Source of the DNA: a virus | Virus record (IMG/VR): IMGVR_UViG_3300031463_000001 | Span: 32,001-96,000 of that record | Strand: one strand, 5' to 3' | Length of the DNA: 64,000 nucleotides | Part shown: positions 49,636 to 59,069 of the stretch, in pieces | Layout of the letters: each line of letters begins with the position of its first letter | Position numbering within the stretch: position 1 is the first letter of the stretch | Notes under the pieces: model-generated | Databases searched by the model: none | Seen by the model: only the letters and a program-made list of their open reading frames with translations | What the model was told of the DNA's origin: nothing | Made by a program: the position numbers and the translations under genes

Positions 49636-49660
49636 TTTTTCTCCTCCGTTAAAGATTTTT

Positions 49661-49864
49661 TCATTTTGGTTCCTTACGAAATTTATCTATCTTATCAGCT
49701 AAAGAATTAAAGGAATCTACCTCAAACTTATACTCATCAGGAAGTCCATTTGTTAATATTATTAAGGAAGCATGGATGTGATTAGGATAACATGTTATTC
49801 TCATTTCCCAATCTTTATATTTTCGTTTTAATTTATTTGTTATAATATCCATTTTATTTTTCAT
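49661..49864 (-). CDS. Hypothetical protein
   Basis: Small ORF in run. Confidence 0.5.
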   Translation of the reverse strand: MKNKMDIITNKLKRKYKDWEMRITCYPNHIHASLIILTNGLPDEYKFEVDSFNSLADKIDKFRKEPK

Positions 49865-49867
49865 AAT

Positions 49868-50131
49868 TTATCCTTTAAAATTTACTTTATATTCTTTTGG
49901 AGGAACATAATAATTAAAGATTGGTTCAAGTTCATTTTCATTTATTATTTGATTATTTTTATCTATGTGAACATAAAATGTTTTTGGAACTTTTGGAGGA
50001 ACATAATACTGTTCACTAGATATTTTAACTCCATTTCTAGTAGAGAATGGACCTAGAAAACAGGCTCCTCCAGAATTTATAAACACGATAGCTTTATTGT
50101 AACACTTAATTTTAGACTTTTGTGGTTTCAT
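49868..50131 (-). CDS. Hypothetical protein
   Basis: AGGAGG RBS; YYVPPK occurs twice. Confidence 0.55.
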   Translation of the reverse strand: MKPQKSKIKCYNKAIVFINSGGACFLGPFSTRNGVKISSEQYYVPPKVPKTFYVHIDKNNQIINENELEPIFNYYVPPKEYKVNFKG

Positions 50132-50140
50132 AGTTTCCTC

Positions 50141-50314
50141 CTATTTTATGAATTTCCAACAAATCCAGATCCACACCAAAATCCAACTTAGCATCATAGT
50201 TGTTACAAATTTAACTCTTTCTTTATCACCCTCATTACTGATAAATAGTGTAGAAATTGACGCAAATATCAGCATTGTTATAATTCCTCCACCAATGTAT
50301 AGGAACCAATTCAT
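50141..50314 (-). CDS. Small two-TM membrane protein (not in ORF track)
   Basis: AGGAGGTG RBS; MNWFLYIGGGIITMLIFASISTLFIS...MLSWILVWIWICWKFIK*. Confidence 0.6.
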   Translation of the reverse strand: MNWFLYIGGGIITMLIFASISTLFISNEGDKERVKFVTTMMLSWILVWIWICWKFIK

Positions 50315-50328
50315 TTGAATTCACCTCC

Positions 50329-50730
50329 TTATATATAATTATCTTTTATATATTGTTTTTTAAGATAAAAAATTATTAAATAATTATCTTTCATTAAAAT
50401 CCATTTATAAATTCCGAAAAAATGTTCATTTATAATTTTTGAAATATTATAGTCTGTAAATTCTTGAACAATTTTTGCAAATTTGCTTGAAGTTAATATT
50501 TCTCTTTGTTCATATTCTATTATTTGATGATCATTGTGTTTAAACATATTCACATTAGTGAATATTTTTTTCTTGTCAAGATATATTCCTTTTTCGGAAA
50601 TTGTTATATGTTTTTTCTTTTTAAATATTTTTTTATTCCCCCAACAGTTAAGAACAAATTCTTCAAGATTATTTCTCCAGTTATTATTTTGAAGTTCTAA
50701 CTCTAATCTTTTGTATTCTTTTTTATTCAT
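50329..50730 (-). CDS. Hypothetical protein
   Basis: AAGGAG RBS. Confidence 0.55.
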   Translation of the reverse strand: MNKKEYKRLELELQNNNWRNNLEEFVLNCWGNKKIFKKKKHITISEKGIYLDKKKIFTNVNMFKHNDHQIIEYEQREILTSSKFAKIVQEFTDYNISKIINEHFFGIYKWILMKDNYLIIFYLKKQYIKDNYI

Positions 50731-50773
50731 TTTCTCCTTATTACTCCTATTATTTCTTTTTGCATCTTACCGC

Positions 50774-51100
50774 CTATTCTAATGGTTCTATCTCATAATT
50801 CAAGTTGATTGTTTTATCCATTACATATATAAACCACTTATAAAAAAGTTCTTTTTCAAGTTTAATTATATCCTTATTAGGAAGAGAAGATTTAATAATG
50901 ATAAAAAGTTCATCCCATCCTTCTTCAGGATCTATACAATATTCTAATTGAAGATGAGATTTATAACCTAAAATACTATTAATTTTTTGTGCAGAATCCA
51001 AAAGAATTTTAATTAATTTTTTATTTTGAGAAAGAAAATTCTTAATATCATCAGGATTCTTAAATTCAAAAATATTTTCAAGTTTTTCGACTTTGTTCAT
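50774..51100 (-). CDS. Hypothetical protein
   Basis: ATGA-coupled; DPEEGWDELFIII. Confidence 0.6.
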   Translation of the reverse strand: MNKVEKLENIFEFKNPDDIKNFLSQNKKLIKILLDSAQKINSILGYKSHLQLEYCIDPEEGWDELFIIIKSSLPNKDIIKLEKELFYKWFIYVMDKTINLNYEIEPLE

Positions 51101-51585
51101 TTTTTCCTTTTTATATTATTCATTTTTCTTTTAAGTTTTTGCTTTAATTCAGAAATTTCTTTCAAAGCCTTATTAAAAAGGTCTTCACTTACCCATCGAC
51201 ATTTTTCTGGAGTATTATCTTCGTAAACCAATACGTTCCAGTTACATCCTAATATTTCTACGTTTCTTATTGTATAAGAAAACAAAGCTCTTTCTATTTC
51301 GTTTCCTATTGTTATTATTTCTATTTTGGTATATCTAGCTTTTTTATTTATACTCTCTTTTATAAATTCTTTAAATCTTCCACAATTAGGATCTACCTCT
51401 CCTATATATGCCACATAACATTTCTTTACATCATAGCACCTCAAATCATTCCACTTTATAGCTCCATATTCAAATTTTCTTTCTATTTCTTTTTTTACCT
51501 CTCCATTTTCATAGAAAGATTCTATTAATGCATTTATTTCTTCTTTAATTTTTTCTTCTTCTTTAATTTTTTCTTCTTCGTTCAT
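51097..51585 (-). CDS. Hypothetical protein
   Basis: AGGAGGT RBS; EEEKIK tandem repeat at the N-terminus. Confidence 0.6.
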   Translation of the reverse strand: MNEEEKIKEEEKIKEEINALIESFYENGEVKKEIERKFEYGAIKWNDLRCYDVKKCYVAYIGEVDPNCGRFKEFIKESINKKARYTKIEIITIGNEIERALFSYTIRNVEILGCNWNVLVYEDNTPEKCRWVSEDLFNKALKEISELKQKLKRKMNNIKRKK

Positions 51586-51668
51586 TTTAACCTCCTATTA
51601 CTTTTTTGGTTTTTTGGGATTAATTTTTTTTGAATATTCTTTTTTTGAATTCTTAAAGGGTGAACCTC

Positions 51669-52013
51669 CTAATTAATGCACTTCATAACATGTTTCATAA
51701 ATAAATAAGCAATCCAACAAACAAAGAAAATGCCAAAAATTAGATAAGGAACAAAAGAAAGAGGATAACCTAAAGTTTCCCATTTTGAAACCGAATTATT
51801 TAAATGGGGAGAATTAAGGTAATTAAGGGAAAGCTTTTTGATTGAGTTATTGATAAGATCAAGTTCCTTAAATGTTTCTTTCTTAGCCATATTTAAAGGT
51901 TTCCCAGCGGAAACTTTATTTCGTATAACTTGAGCAGCCTGTCGAGCAGTATTCTGAACTATCTCCAAAGAATAAATTTCTTGACGAACTTTTACATCAT
52001 CCCTTTTATTCAT
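51669..52013 (-). CDS. Hypothetical membrane-anchored protein
   Basis: GGAGG RBS; C-terminal hydrophobic helix. Confidence 0.55.
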   Translation of the reverse strand: MNKRDDVKVRQEIYSLEIVQNTARQAAQVIRNKVSAGKPLNMAKKETFKELDLINNSIKKLSLNYLNSPHLNNSVSKWETLGYPLSFVPYLIFGIFFVCWIAYLFMKHVMKCIN

Positions 52014-52102
52014 AAGCTTCCTCCAATAATGATATTACACATATGGTTTAGTTTTTTTTGCCCTTTCGAATTATCGTTTATGATTTAAATAGAAGAATTA
52101 GT

Positions 52103-52711
52103 ATGAAAAAAGAAAGTAAAATAAATATTGTTGATTTATTAAAAGATCCAAATAAAGCTAAAGAAGTATTAACAATGGCTATAGATAATGGAAATAAAGA
52201 ATTAGCCGAATTGTTAATTCCTATAGCCAAAGATCCCTATTTAACGTATAGTTATGCCTACTTAATAAATAAACCAGTTAAAGATGAGTTTGAAGATATT
52301 ATTGCTAAAAATTCTTTTTATTCTTATCAATATGCATTAGATATTTTACAGGGACCTTTCCTAAAAGGAGAAGATGCTATCTCTAAAAGTTCAGAATATT
52401 CTTATAGATATGCCTTAAATATTTTACATAAACCATTTCCTAAGGGTGAGGATGCCATTACTAAAAATTCTTTTTATTCTTATCATTATGCTGCAGATGT
52501 TTTACATAAACCATTTCCTAAAGGAGAAAATACTATTGCTGGAGATTCTTTTTATTCTTATAATTATGCTAAAGATATATTAAAAGATAGATTTATTAAA
52601 GGAGAAAAAACAATAATAAATTCAGAATGGTTAAATGATTATATTAGGTTTCTTAAAGAGATAAATAAACTAGATGAATTCTTAAATGATCATCCAGAGG
52701 TTAAATTATGA
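52103..52711 (+). CDS. 26-aa repeat family protein
   Basis: MKKESKINIVDLLKDP (ATG 52103)...DEFLNDHPEVKL. Confidence 0.9.
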   Translation: MKKESKINIVDLLKDPNKAKEVLTMAIDNGNKELAELLIPIAKDPYLTYSYAYLINKPVKDEFEDIIAKNSFYSYQYALDILQGPFLKGEDAISKSSEYSYRYALNILHKPFPKGEDAITKNSFYSYHYAADVLHKPFPKGENTIAGDSFYSYNYAKDILKDRFIKGEKTIINSEWLNDYIRFLKEINKLDEFLNDHPEVKL

Positions 52712-53064
52712 ATATATCAAAGTTGTTAAAAGATCCAAAAAAATTTGATGATTTTTTGTATCATGAAATTCAACATAACGATTTTTCAACATCTAGAATA
52801 CTTATTCCTTATACAAAAAATCCAGCAATTATTCACGCTTTTCTAAAAAAATTTAAAGTTAAAATTCCTTCATTAGAAAATTTAATTACTCAAAATCCAC
52901 ATTTGGCATTAAGTTATATTGATAATGTTATTAAAGATCGCTGGCTTCCTGGAGAAGAAGCCATTCTTAAAAATGAAGAAGATTTGGAATATTATAAAGA
53001 CTTCCTTAAATCTATTGGTAAACTAGACGAATTCTTAAAAGATCATCCAGAGGTTAAGAATTGA
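52708..53064 (+). CDS. 26-aa repeat family protein, minimal divergent form
   Basis: MNISKLLKDP...DEFLKDHPEVKN. Confidence 0.85.
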   Translation: MNISKLLKDPKKFDDFLYHEIQHNDFSTSRILIPYTKNPAIIHAFLKKFKVKIPSLENLITQNPHLALSYIDNVIKDRWLPGEEAILKNEEDLEYYKDFLKSIGKLDEFLKDHPEVKN

Positions 53065-53119
53065 ATTCTAAAATTGAAGGTATTTCATTTTTTGAGAAAA
53101 TTAATTTGAAGAGGAATAA

Positions 53120-53932
53120 ATGAAAAAACTTATAAAATTAATAAAAGAAGGTAAGATAAATATTGGAGAAATATTAAAAAATCCTTTAATATTAAAGAGT
53201 TACAAATGGGAAGATGTTGAAGCATATGGAAAAGAAGTACTTGAAAGAACCCAAAAAACTGAAAAAGAATTAGAAGAAACCTTAACTGAAGCGTGGGAAA
53301 AATATGGTAATGAATATTTTTTAATTCCAATTGAGGAGTTGGGTTTAAATGAGTCTGTAATTAGATTACTTAAAAGTGAAGGAATTAAGAATGTAAGTGA
53401 ATTAGCTTCTCTTACTGAGGATGATTTAAGAAATGTAGTGTATCTATCTGAAAAAACTATAGATCTTATAAAAGAAAAATTGAAAGAAATGGGATTAGAA
53501 CTAGGAGAAGGAAAAGAGTTTGATGTTGAAAAAATGAATCCCTATAGAATAAATATCAAATTTGAGGAGTTATTGCATAATAAAGATGAAGAAAGGGCTA
53601 CAAAACTTTTACCTTACATAGATAAACCAGACTTATTAGTTAATTATGCAATTAATTTTAATACTAAACTACCCCCAGAACAAGAACAAATAGTTGCTAA
53701 AAATCCTTATGCTTCATTAGCTTATGCACTTAAAGTATTAAAAGATAGATTTATTCTGGGAGAACCTTCAATAGTAAAAATGTATGATGAGATGAGAAGA
53801 AAGATGCCCCAAAAAGGAGAAGAAAACCTAATGGCTACTATACAGGCTCTTATTCATGAATATTTTATAATGCTAAATTCAGTAGGTAAGCTGGAAGATT
53901 TTATGAAAGATTATCGGAATCTTTTTCATTAA
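53120..53932 (+). CDS. Chimeric protein: duplicated N-module + RNA polymerase alpha-CTD-like domain + repeat-family domain
   Basis: IPIEELGLNESVIRLLKSEGIKNVSELASLTEDDL...IKEKLKEMGLEL matches the alpha-CTD pattern; C-half YALKVLKDRFILGE...GKLEDFMKDY. Confidence 0.8.
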   Translation: MKKLIKLIKEGKINIGEILKNPLILKSYKWEDVEAYGKEVLERTQKTEKELEETLTEAWEKYGNEYFLIPIEELGLNESVIRLLKSEGIKNVSELASLTEDDLRNVVYLSEKTIDLIKEKLKEMGLELGEGKEFDVEKMNPYRINIKFEELLHNKDEERATKLLPYIDKPDLLVNYAINFNTKLPPEQEQIVAKNPYASLAYALKVLKDRFILGEPSIVKMYDEMRRKMPQKGEENLMATIQALIHEYFIMLNSVGKLEDFMKDYRNLFH

Positions 53933-54137
53933 CTTTTTTGAATATATTAACCAACTCGATTTCGTTAAATTCTTCGTTTGTTTCATTAATCTTGTATTTT
54001 ATGTTTTCTAATCCTTTCACACTATAGTTAATTAGATTTGACATTTGATTAAATGTTAAATCCATATTTCCTACACCGGGTTCAATTCTATTAAATGTAC
54101 AATTCATATATTTATTTTTAAATTCATCTTTGTTCAT
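53901..54137 (-). CDS. Hypothetical protein
   Basis: GAGGAG RBS before MNKDEFK. Confidence 0.45.
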   Translation of the reverse strand: MNKDEFKNKYMNCTFNRIEPGVGNMDLTFNQMSNLINYSVKGLENIKYKINETNEEFNEIELVNIFKKVNEKDSDNLS

Positions 54138-54257
54138 ATTTTCTCCTCTTTTTTTAAGATATGAAAACGAATTTTTGGTATATTTAAAGTTAAACATTTT
54201 AACCAAAATTTTAATGCTTTAAATAAATTAGAGGTAGCAAAATATTTTTCAGGTTTT

Positions 54258-54614
54258 TTATCTCGCGCTATTTCTATAACTATTTTCATTAATCATTCTC
54301 CTCAATTTTGCCTTTATTTCATTTAATGAAGATATTAATTTATTTATTTTTTTAAAATTTTTTGCTTGTTTTTCAGTTAAAACTAAAATATCATCCTCTT
54401 TTTCAAACGAATAAGTAAGATTATCTAATGTAATTTTGTCATTTAAAAGTTTTCCTTCATATATATGTATAGGAATAGATGGGTTACAAATATCTTTAAT
54501 TACTTCATGTAGTATAATTTTATCTATGGCTTTAAATTTTTTAACTTCTTTCATACTTTTTAAACAAGTTTTTTTAAAAATTATTTCCCCAATAAAATTA
54601 GGAAAGTTGTTCAA
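54258..54614 (-). CDS. Hypothetical protein
   Basis: Overlapping minus-strand run. Confidence 0.5.
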   Translation of the reverse strand: MNNFPNFIGEIIFKKTCLKSMKEVKKFKAIDKIILHEVIKDICNPSIPIHIYEGKLLNDKITLDNLTYSFEKEDDILVLTEKQAKNFKKINKLISSLNEIKAKLRRMINENSYRNSAR

Positions 54615-55167
54615 TTGTGCGAGAATCCCAATTTTCTAAATCCCAATTTATTACATATTCAATAGTTTTAAGTTGGTTGGTACTTTTATAGAATTTTAGG
54701 GCAGGTATATGATATATTTTATAACTAGGTTTAATAAAGAAAATGGATGTTTGATATAAAGTTCTTTTAAATAAACAAGATTTTAATATTTCTAGAGGTT
54801 TCTCAAAATTAGGACACACCACAAAGTTTACACCCTGAAAATAAGAAAATCCGTCCGAAATAACTAAACCAAAAGTTATAAAAGATCCTTTTTCTTTTAC
54901 TTTAAAATGAAGTTCAATAACAAAAGAAGAATTTATTTTTATTACATTTTTAGGAATTTCTATTTTTGATTTATTCAGAAAATCTACAAAAAAAGATGAA
55001 CCTAAAGGTTTATGATTAAAAGGTTTACCATTATCAAAATAAATATAAAGACCTTCATTAACTATAGGAAGATTTTTAAAATCAGGAAAAGTTACAAATA
55101 TAGGAATTAAAGCATTATTTTTTCTAATCTTAAATCTGATTATTGGAATATTTTTAAGTCGATTCAT
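54598..55167 (-). CDS. Hypothetical protein
   Basis: 189-aa ORF. Confidence 0.55.
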   Translation of the reverse strand: MNRLKNIPIIRFKIRKNNALIPIFVTFPDFKNLPIVNEGLYIYFDNGKPFNHKPLGSSFFVDFLNKSKIEIPKNVIKINSSFVIELHFKVKEKGSFITFGLVISDGFSYFQGVNFVVCPNFEKPLEILKSCLFKRTLYQTSIFFIKPSYKIYHIPALKFYKSTNQLKTIEYVINWDLENWDSRTIEQLS

Positions 55168-55459
55168 TAGATGACAAAAAACTTAATACTTTTTCTAGAT
55201 AATTGAGAGAGGTATTTATTTGATTTAATTCTTTTTTAATATTTAATTTTTTTTGAATTAATCCTTTTAAAGAAGTTTCCATATATAAATTTCTTTCTCT
55301 GTCTGTTCGTATATTTAAGTAAACCTCATCTTTTCTTAATATATTAAATTGAGCGTCCAAAATTTCAATTTCTATATCTAATATTTGGTTTTCTAACTTA
55401 CACTTTTTTTCTCCTAATTCTTTATATTCATCTAATAATTTTTTTAATTCATTTGTCAT
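55154..55459 (-). CDS. Coiled-coil hypothetical protein
   Basis: Heptad-rich 101-aa ORF. Confidence 0.5.
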   Translation of the reverse strand: MTNELKKLLDEYKELGEKKCKLENQILDIEIEILDAQFNILRKDEVYLNIRTDRERNLYMETSLKGLIQKKLNIKKELNQINTSLNYLEKVLSFLSSNEST

Positions 55460-55616
55460 ACTCGATTTATTAAAATTGAAAACGACAAATTTTCAGTTAA
55501 GTTTGGTTTTCCCAAAAATATATGTTGAAATTCACTAAAACGCGAAATTTAGTTCATGAAAATGTGGGTAGCCTTAAAAAATAAAGAGAATTAAGTAACC
55601 AATTTTTAATAAAATC

Positions 55617-55970
55617 ATGTCTGTTACTAAATATCAACTATTAAATTATTTGTTTTTAATAGGAGATTTTGAAAAAATAAAAGAAAAATGGGATACATAT
55701 AAAGAAGACTGGTTTATTGTAAGATCTTTAATGAATAATGCTTTATTTTATAAAAAATTGGAGTTAGTTTATTTTTTCTTAGAAAAGAATATAGATTATC
55801 CTCAAGAAGACTTATTCCATTACGCACTTAAGTATCAAGAGGATAAATTATGGAATTTGGTAAAAAATAAAGAAGACTTTATACCTCTTATCAAAGAAGA
55901 GGCATACAAAAATAAGGATATGTGGTTAATTTCTAAAATAGAAGAATTAGAAAAAATTAAGGAGGTTTAA
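55617..55970 (+). CDS. Helical (degenerate ankyrin-like) hypothetical protein
   Basis: LMNNALFYKKLELVYFFLEK, LFHYALKY. Confidence 0.45.
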   Translation: MSVTKYQLLNYLFLIGDFEKIKEKWDTYKEDWFIVRSLMNNALFYKKLELVYFFLEKNIDYPQEDLFHYALKYQEDKLWNLVKNKEDFIPLIKEEAYKNKDMWLISKIEELEKIKEV

Positions 55971-56302
55971 TGAATAAGCATTGGAGAAATAAAGGGATTA
56001 ATATGTTTATATTGATTTCACCTTTATTAATCATATCATTAATTTTACTTATTCTTTTTCATAAAAGTAAAGTTAATTCAAGTTATTATGGTAAAGTTTT
56101 TTCTAAATCCATACGGTCAAACCATACGTATGTTGTTTTAGCATTAGAAGGGATTGATGAAGAATTTAAATTTGATAATTCCGATTTTTTTCAAGATGAT
56201 CTTGTTGTTGGAGAATATATAGAAGTTAATTGCGATAGTAATGGAGAATGTAAACCAGTATTTTTAAACCAATCTAAAAGGGTGGAAATGGTAATTGAGT
56301 GA
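55970..56302 (+). CDS. Membrane-anchored hypothetical protein
   Basis: AAGGAGGT RBS, N-terminal TM helix. Confidence 0.6.
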   Translation: MNKHWRNKGINMFILISPLLIISLILLILFHKSKVNSSYYGKVFSKSIRSNHTYVVLALEGIDEEFKFDNSDFFQDDLVVGEYIEVNCDSNGECKPVFLNQSKRVEMVIE

Positions 56303-56708
56303 TTTGCGAAAAAGCTTCTAATAAAAAATAAAGGTATTAAGATTTAAGATTAATAATCTAAGAAATAATAATAATAATAATAAATAATAAATAATAATAT
56401 ATATAAATAAAAGATTTAAAGATTAATGATTTAACGATAATCGAAGACGACTCCACCCACTTCCACTTAATTCTCACTTACCCACTCACCTACTCTTATC
56501 TTAAACTGCTTGTCGAACTCGATTTAATTGAATTATGATGGTCGGACTATCGAAGGGTTTCGTCCCTAGAGAATGCCGACCTTTTTTTATTTAAGGGCAA
56601 AAATTTCCGAGTTTAGTTGTAAAAATATTCTTGGTCCGAAGGATAATGAGTTTAAGAATCTGGAAATTCGAAAGCCCAATTTTTTAATAAAATTTTTGTA
56701 AATAATTT

Positions 56709-58097
56709 ATGATTAGTTTGAATGTAGGTAATGTTGATACTACAATAAAAGATGCTCCTATTGAAGTAATTAAAGCGCTTGATGAAGCTTTATCTATAGA
56801 AGTTCCAGGTGCATTTTTTGCTAAAAACAAGATTAATTATTTTTGGGATGGTAAGAAACATTTATATTCAGTTAAGAAAGGAACTTTTCCTACAGGGTGT
56901 ATTCGTAGAGTTTTAAATGTGTTAAACCGAATGGGGTACGAATACCAAATAGAAGATTTAAGAGAAATACCCACTCAACTAGAACGACCTCTTTATTTAA
57001 AAGCTCACCTAAGAGATTATCAAGAACAAGCCATAGATACTTTAATTAATCGACAACGAGGAGTTGTACAACTAGCTACAGGAGGAGGAAAAAGTTTGAT
57101 ATTAGCGGGTTTATGCTCCAAATTAAATTTACCCACTTTAGTATTAACCCACAGACAGGAATTAATGTATCAACTAGAAGAAACCTTTATAAAAAATTTG
57201 AGAGGTAAAGGTTCAAGAAAACCCTTAATAGGTTTAGTAGGTGATGGCAATACTAAATGGGGTCATATAACCATAGGGATGATGCAAGCTATGGATGTAA
57301 AGAAATATATTAAAGAGTTGAGTAAGATTAAGATGGTTTTGGTGGACGAATGTCATCATTTACCTTGTAATACTATGGTAGACATAATGAAGTATTTAGA
57401 TAATGCATATTATAGGTTTGGTGTTTCAGCTACTAGTTTTAGAGAGGATGGGATGGATTTAATGATTGAAGCTTACCTAGCTCCTATATATTATAATCTT
57501 AGTAGTGCAGAGTTAATAAGGATGGGTTATTTGAGTCCTATTAAAGTTTTTTTTATTCCATTTAATGATACCAAAACTTATAAAAATGATTTAACTTATG
57601 TTCAATTATATAGTGAGGCAATAGAACAAAACGAAAAGAGGAATAATTTGATAGTTGAGGTGGTGAAGAGAATATTGGCTAAAAACAAAACTTGTTTAGT
57701 GGCTGTATCGAGGATAGAACATGGAAAGATATTAACTCAAAAAATTAAATCTTTTTATCCTGAAGTTGAATTTGTGGAAGGGAAAGATAAAAGTGAAAGA
57801 AGAAAAAAGATTATTAAAAAATTAAATTTAAAGGAAATTAAATGTGTAGTATGTACTACAGTTTTTGGAGAAGGGATAGATATACCTACCCTTGAAGTAT
57901 TAGTTTCTGCTAAAGCTCAAGATAGTGGTATTGATGCCCTTCAACTTGCGGGTAGAGTAATGAGACGAACAGAAGATAAGATTGAGGGTTGGGTGATAGA
58001 TTTTTTTGATATGCATCATAAGTTTTTTAGGCGACATGCAATAAAAAGAAAAAAAATATTTAAAGAAGAAAAATTTGAGGTTGTGGAGGCTTTATGA
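56709..58097 (+). CDS. Superfamily 2 DNA helicase (UvsW/XPB-like DExH)
   Basis: LRDYQ, ATGGGKS, VDECHH, SAT, GEGIDIP, QLAGRVMR. Confidence 0.9.
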   Translation: MISLNVGNVDTTIKDAPIEVIKALDEALSIEVPGAFFAKNKINYFWDGKKHLYSVKKGTFPTGCIRRVLNVLNRMGYEYQIEDLREIPTQLERPLYLKAHLRDYQEQAIDTLINRQRGVVQLATGGGKSLILAGLCSKLNLPTLVLTHRQELMYQLEETFIKNLRGKGSRKPLIGLVGDGNTKWGHITIGMMQAMDVKKYIKELSKIKMVLVDECHHLPCNTMVDIMKYLDNAYYRFGVSATSFREDGMDLMIEAYLAPIYYNLSSAELIRMGYLSPIKVFFIPFNDTKTYKNDLTYVQLYSEAIEQNEKRNNLIVEVVKRILAKNKTCLVAVSRIEHGKILTQKIKSFYPEVEFVEGKDKSERRKKIIKKLNLKEIKCVVCTTVFGEGIDIPTLEVLVSAKAQDSGIDALQLAGRVMRRTEDKIEGWVIDFFDMHHKFFRRHAIKRKKIFKEEKFEVVEAL

Positions 58098-58345
58098 AAT
58101 ATATGATAAAAGATTTTGAAAATAATATTTTGTTTAAGAGTGATTTTTTAGATGATTTAATTCCTTTAAATATGGAGGGTAGGTTGTTTGTGGAAGATAG
58201 TGAAGTGTGTTATGTTTATACGTTTGAATCTACTACAATTAGAAGTGTGTTGATGAAAATTAGAAACAAAATAAAAAATATTGAGGTTCGAAAGCATAAT
58301 CTCGAAAAAGAAATGAAATTGTTGGAAGTTTTGGAAACTTTGTAA
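58094..58345 (+). CDS. Hypothetical protein
   Basis: GGAGG RBS, ATGA-coupled to the helicase. Confidence 0.55.
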   Translation: MKYMIKDFENNILFKSDFLDDLIPLNMEGRLFVEDSEVCYVYTFESTTIRSVLMKIRNKIKNIEVRKHNLEKEMKLLEVLETL

Positions 58346-58374
58346 GTTTGTCGAGATTGATTTCTTTAAAGAAG

Positions 58375-59017
58375 ATGAATATAGCTGATTTATTAAAAAA
58401 TCCAGAAAAACTAAATGATGTTTTTAGAGATGTATTAGATAAGGGAGATAAAGAATCAGCTAGGATATTACTTCCATATGTAAGTCCTTTTTTTTTATTA
58501 TAAGTATTTAGAACAGCTTGGAGAAAGGGTTCCCCTTGAATTCGAATCTAAATTATTTGGTTTGTCAGATTTTTCAAAAGGAGGATATGAGTATGTAAAT
58601 GTTATTTCAGGGAAGGATTTATATGATTCTTTTCTTAAAGATTGGGGAGATAAATATGCAAATAAAATAGTTAATGCATTAGCTAATTCTTATGATTATG
58701 GGCCTCTAATAGAGGGTGCAGTTAAAACAACTAAAGAATATTCAGATCGAGTTTTTTTACCTCTTTTGAATTATGATTTTGATAGGACTAGTGATTCTTG
58801 GGGAACATTATTAACAATTCTTTTAACTAATTATAATTACAGATTACCTCCGGAGATATTATCTAAATTGGGTAAAGATGATTTAAAAGCATTAAAGAAA
58901 TATTTAGGAGTTTATGAGAAATTAGTAGAGGAAAGAGAGGGGGATAGATATGCGGAAGATTCATATGACTTAATTAATGAATCTTATAAGTATTTGAAAA
59001 ATAATTTAAGAAAGTAA
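58375..59017 (+). pseudogene. Tagged gene split by a T9 homopolymer frameshift
   Basis: MNIADLLKNP...YVSPFFLL* (58375-58503); removing one T from 58488-58496 joins it in frame to ORF 58562-59017. Confidence 0.75.
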
Positions 59018-59021
59018 AAGA

Positions 59022-59069
59022 GTGAACATAGGTGAATTCTTAAAAGATCATTCAGAGGTAGAATTATGA
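59022..59069 (+). other. Empty repeat-gene cassette (mini-ORF MNIGEFLKDHSEVEL)
   Basis: GTG AAC ATA GGT GAA TTC TTA AAA GAT CAT TCA GAG GTA GAA TTA TGA: family first codons fused in frame to family last codons, with ATGA overlap to 59066. Confidence 0.75.

Noticed and set aside
1028-54639. Short antisense or alternative-frame ORFs in the track (e.g. 1028-1285, 22938-23168, 36122-36403, 38635-38904, 42574-42975, 47552-47890)
   Set aside because: They overlap well-supported genes, lack an RBS, and are shadows of repeat or low-complexity coding sequence
56540-56582. GGACGAAAC on the minus strand suggesting a hammerhead ribozyme
   Set aside because: No CTGATGA core in the required position; it is the loop of a simple hairpin
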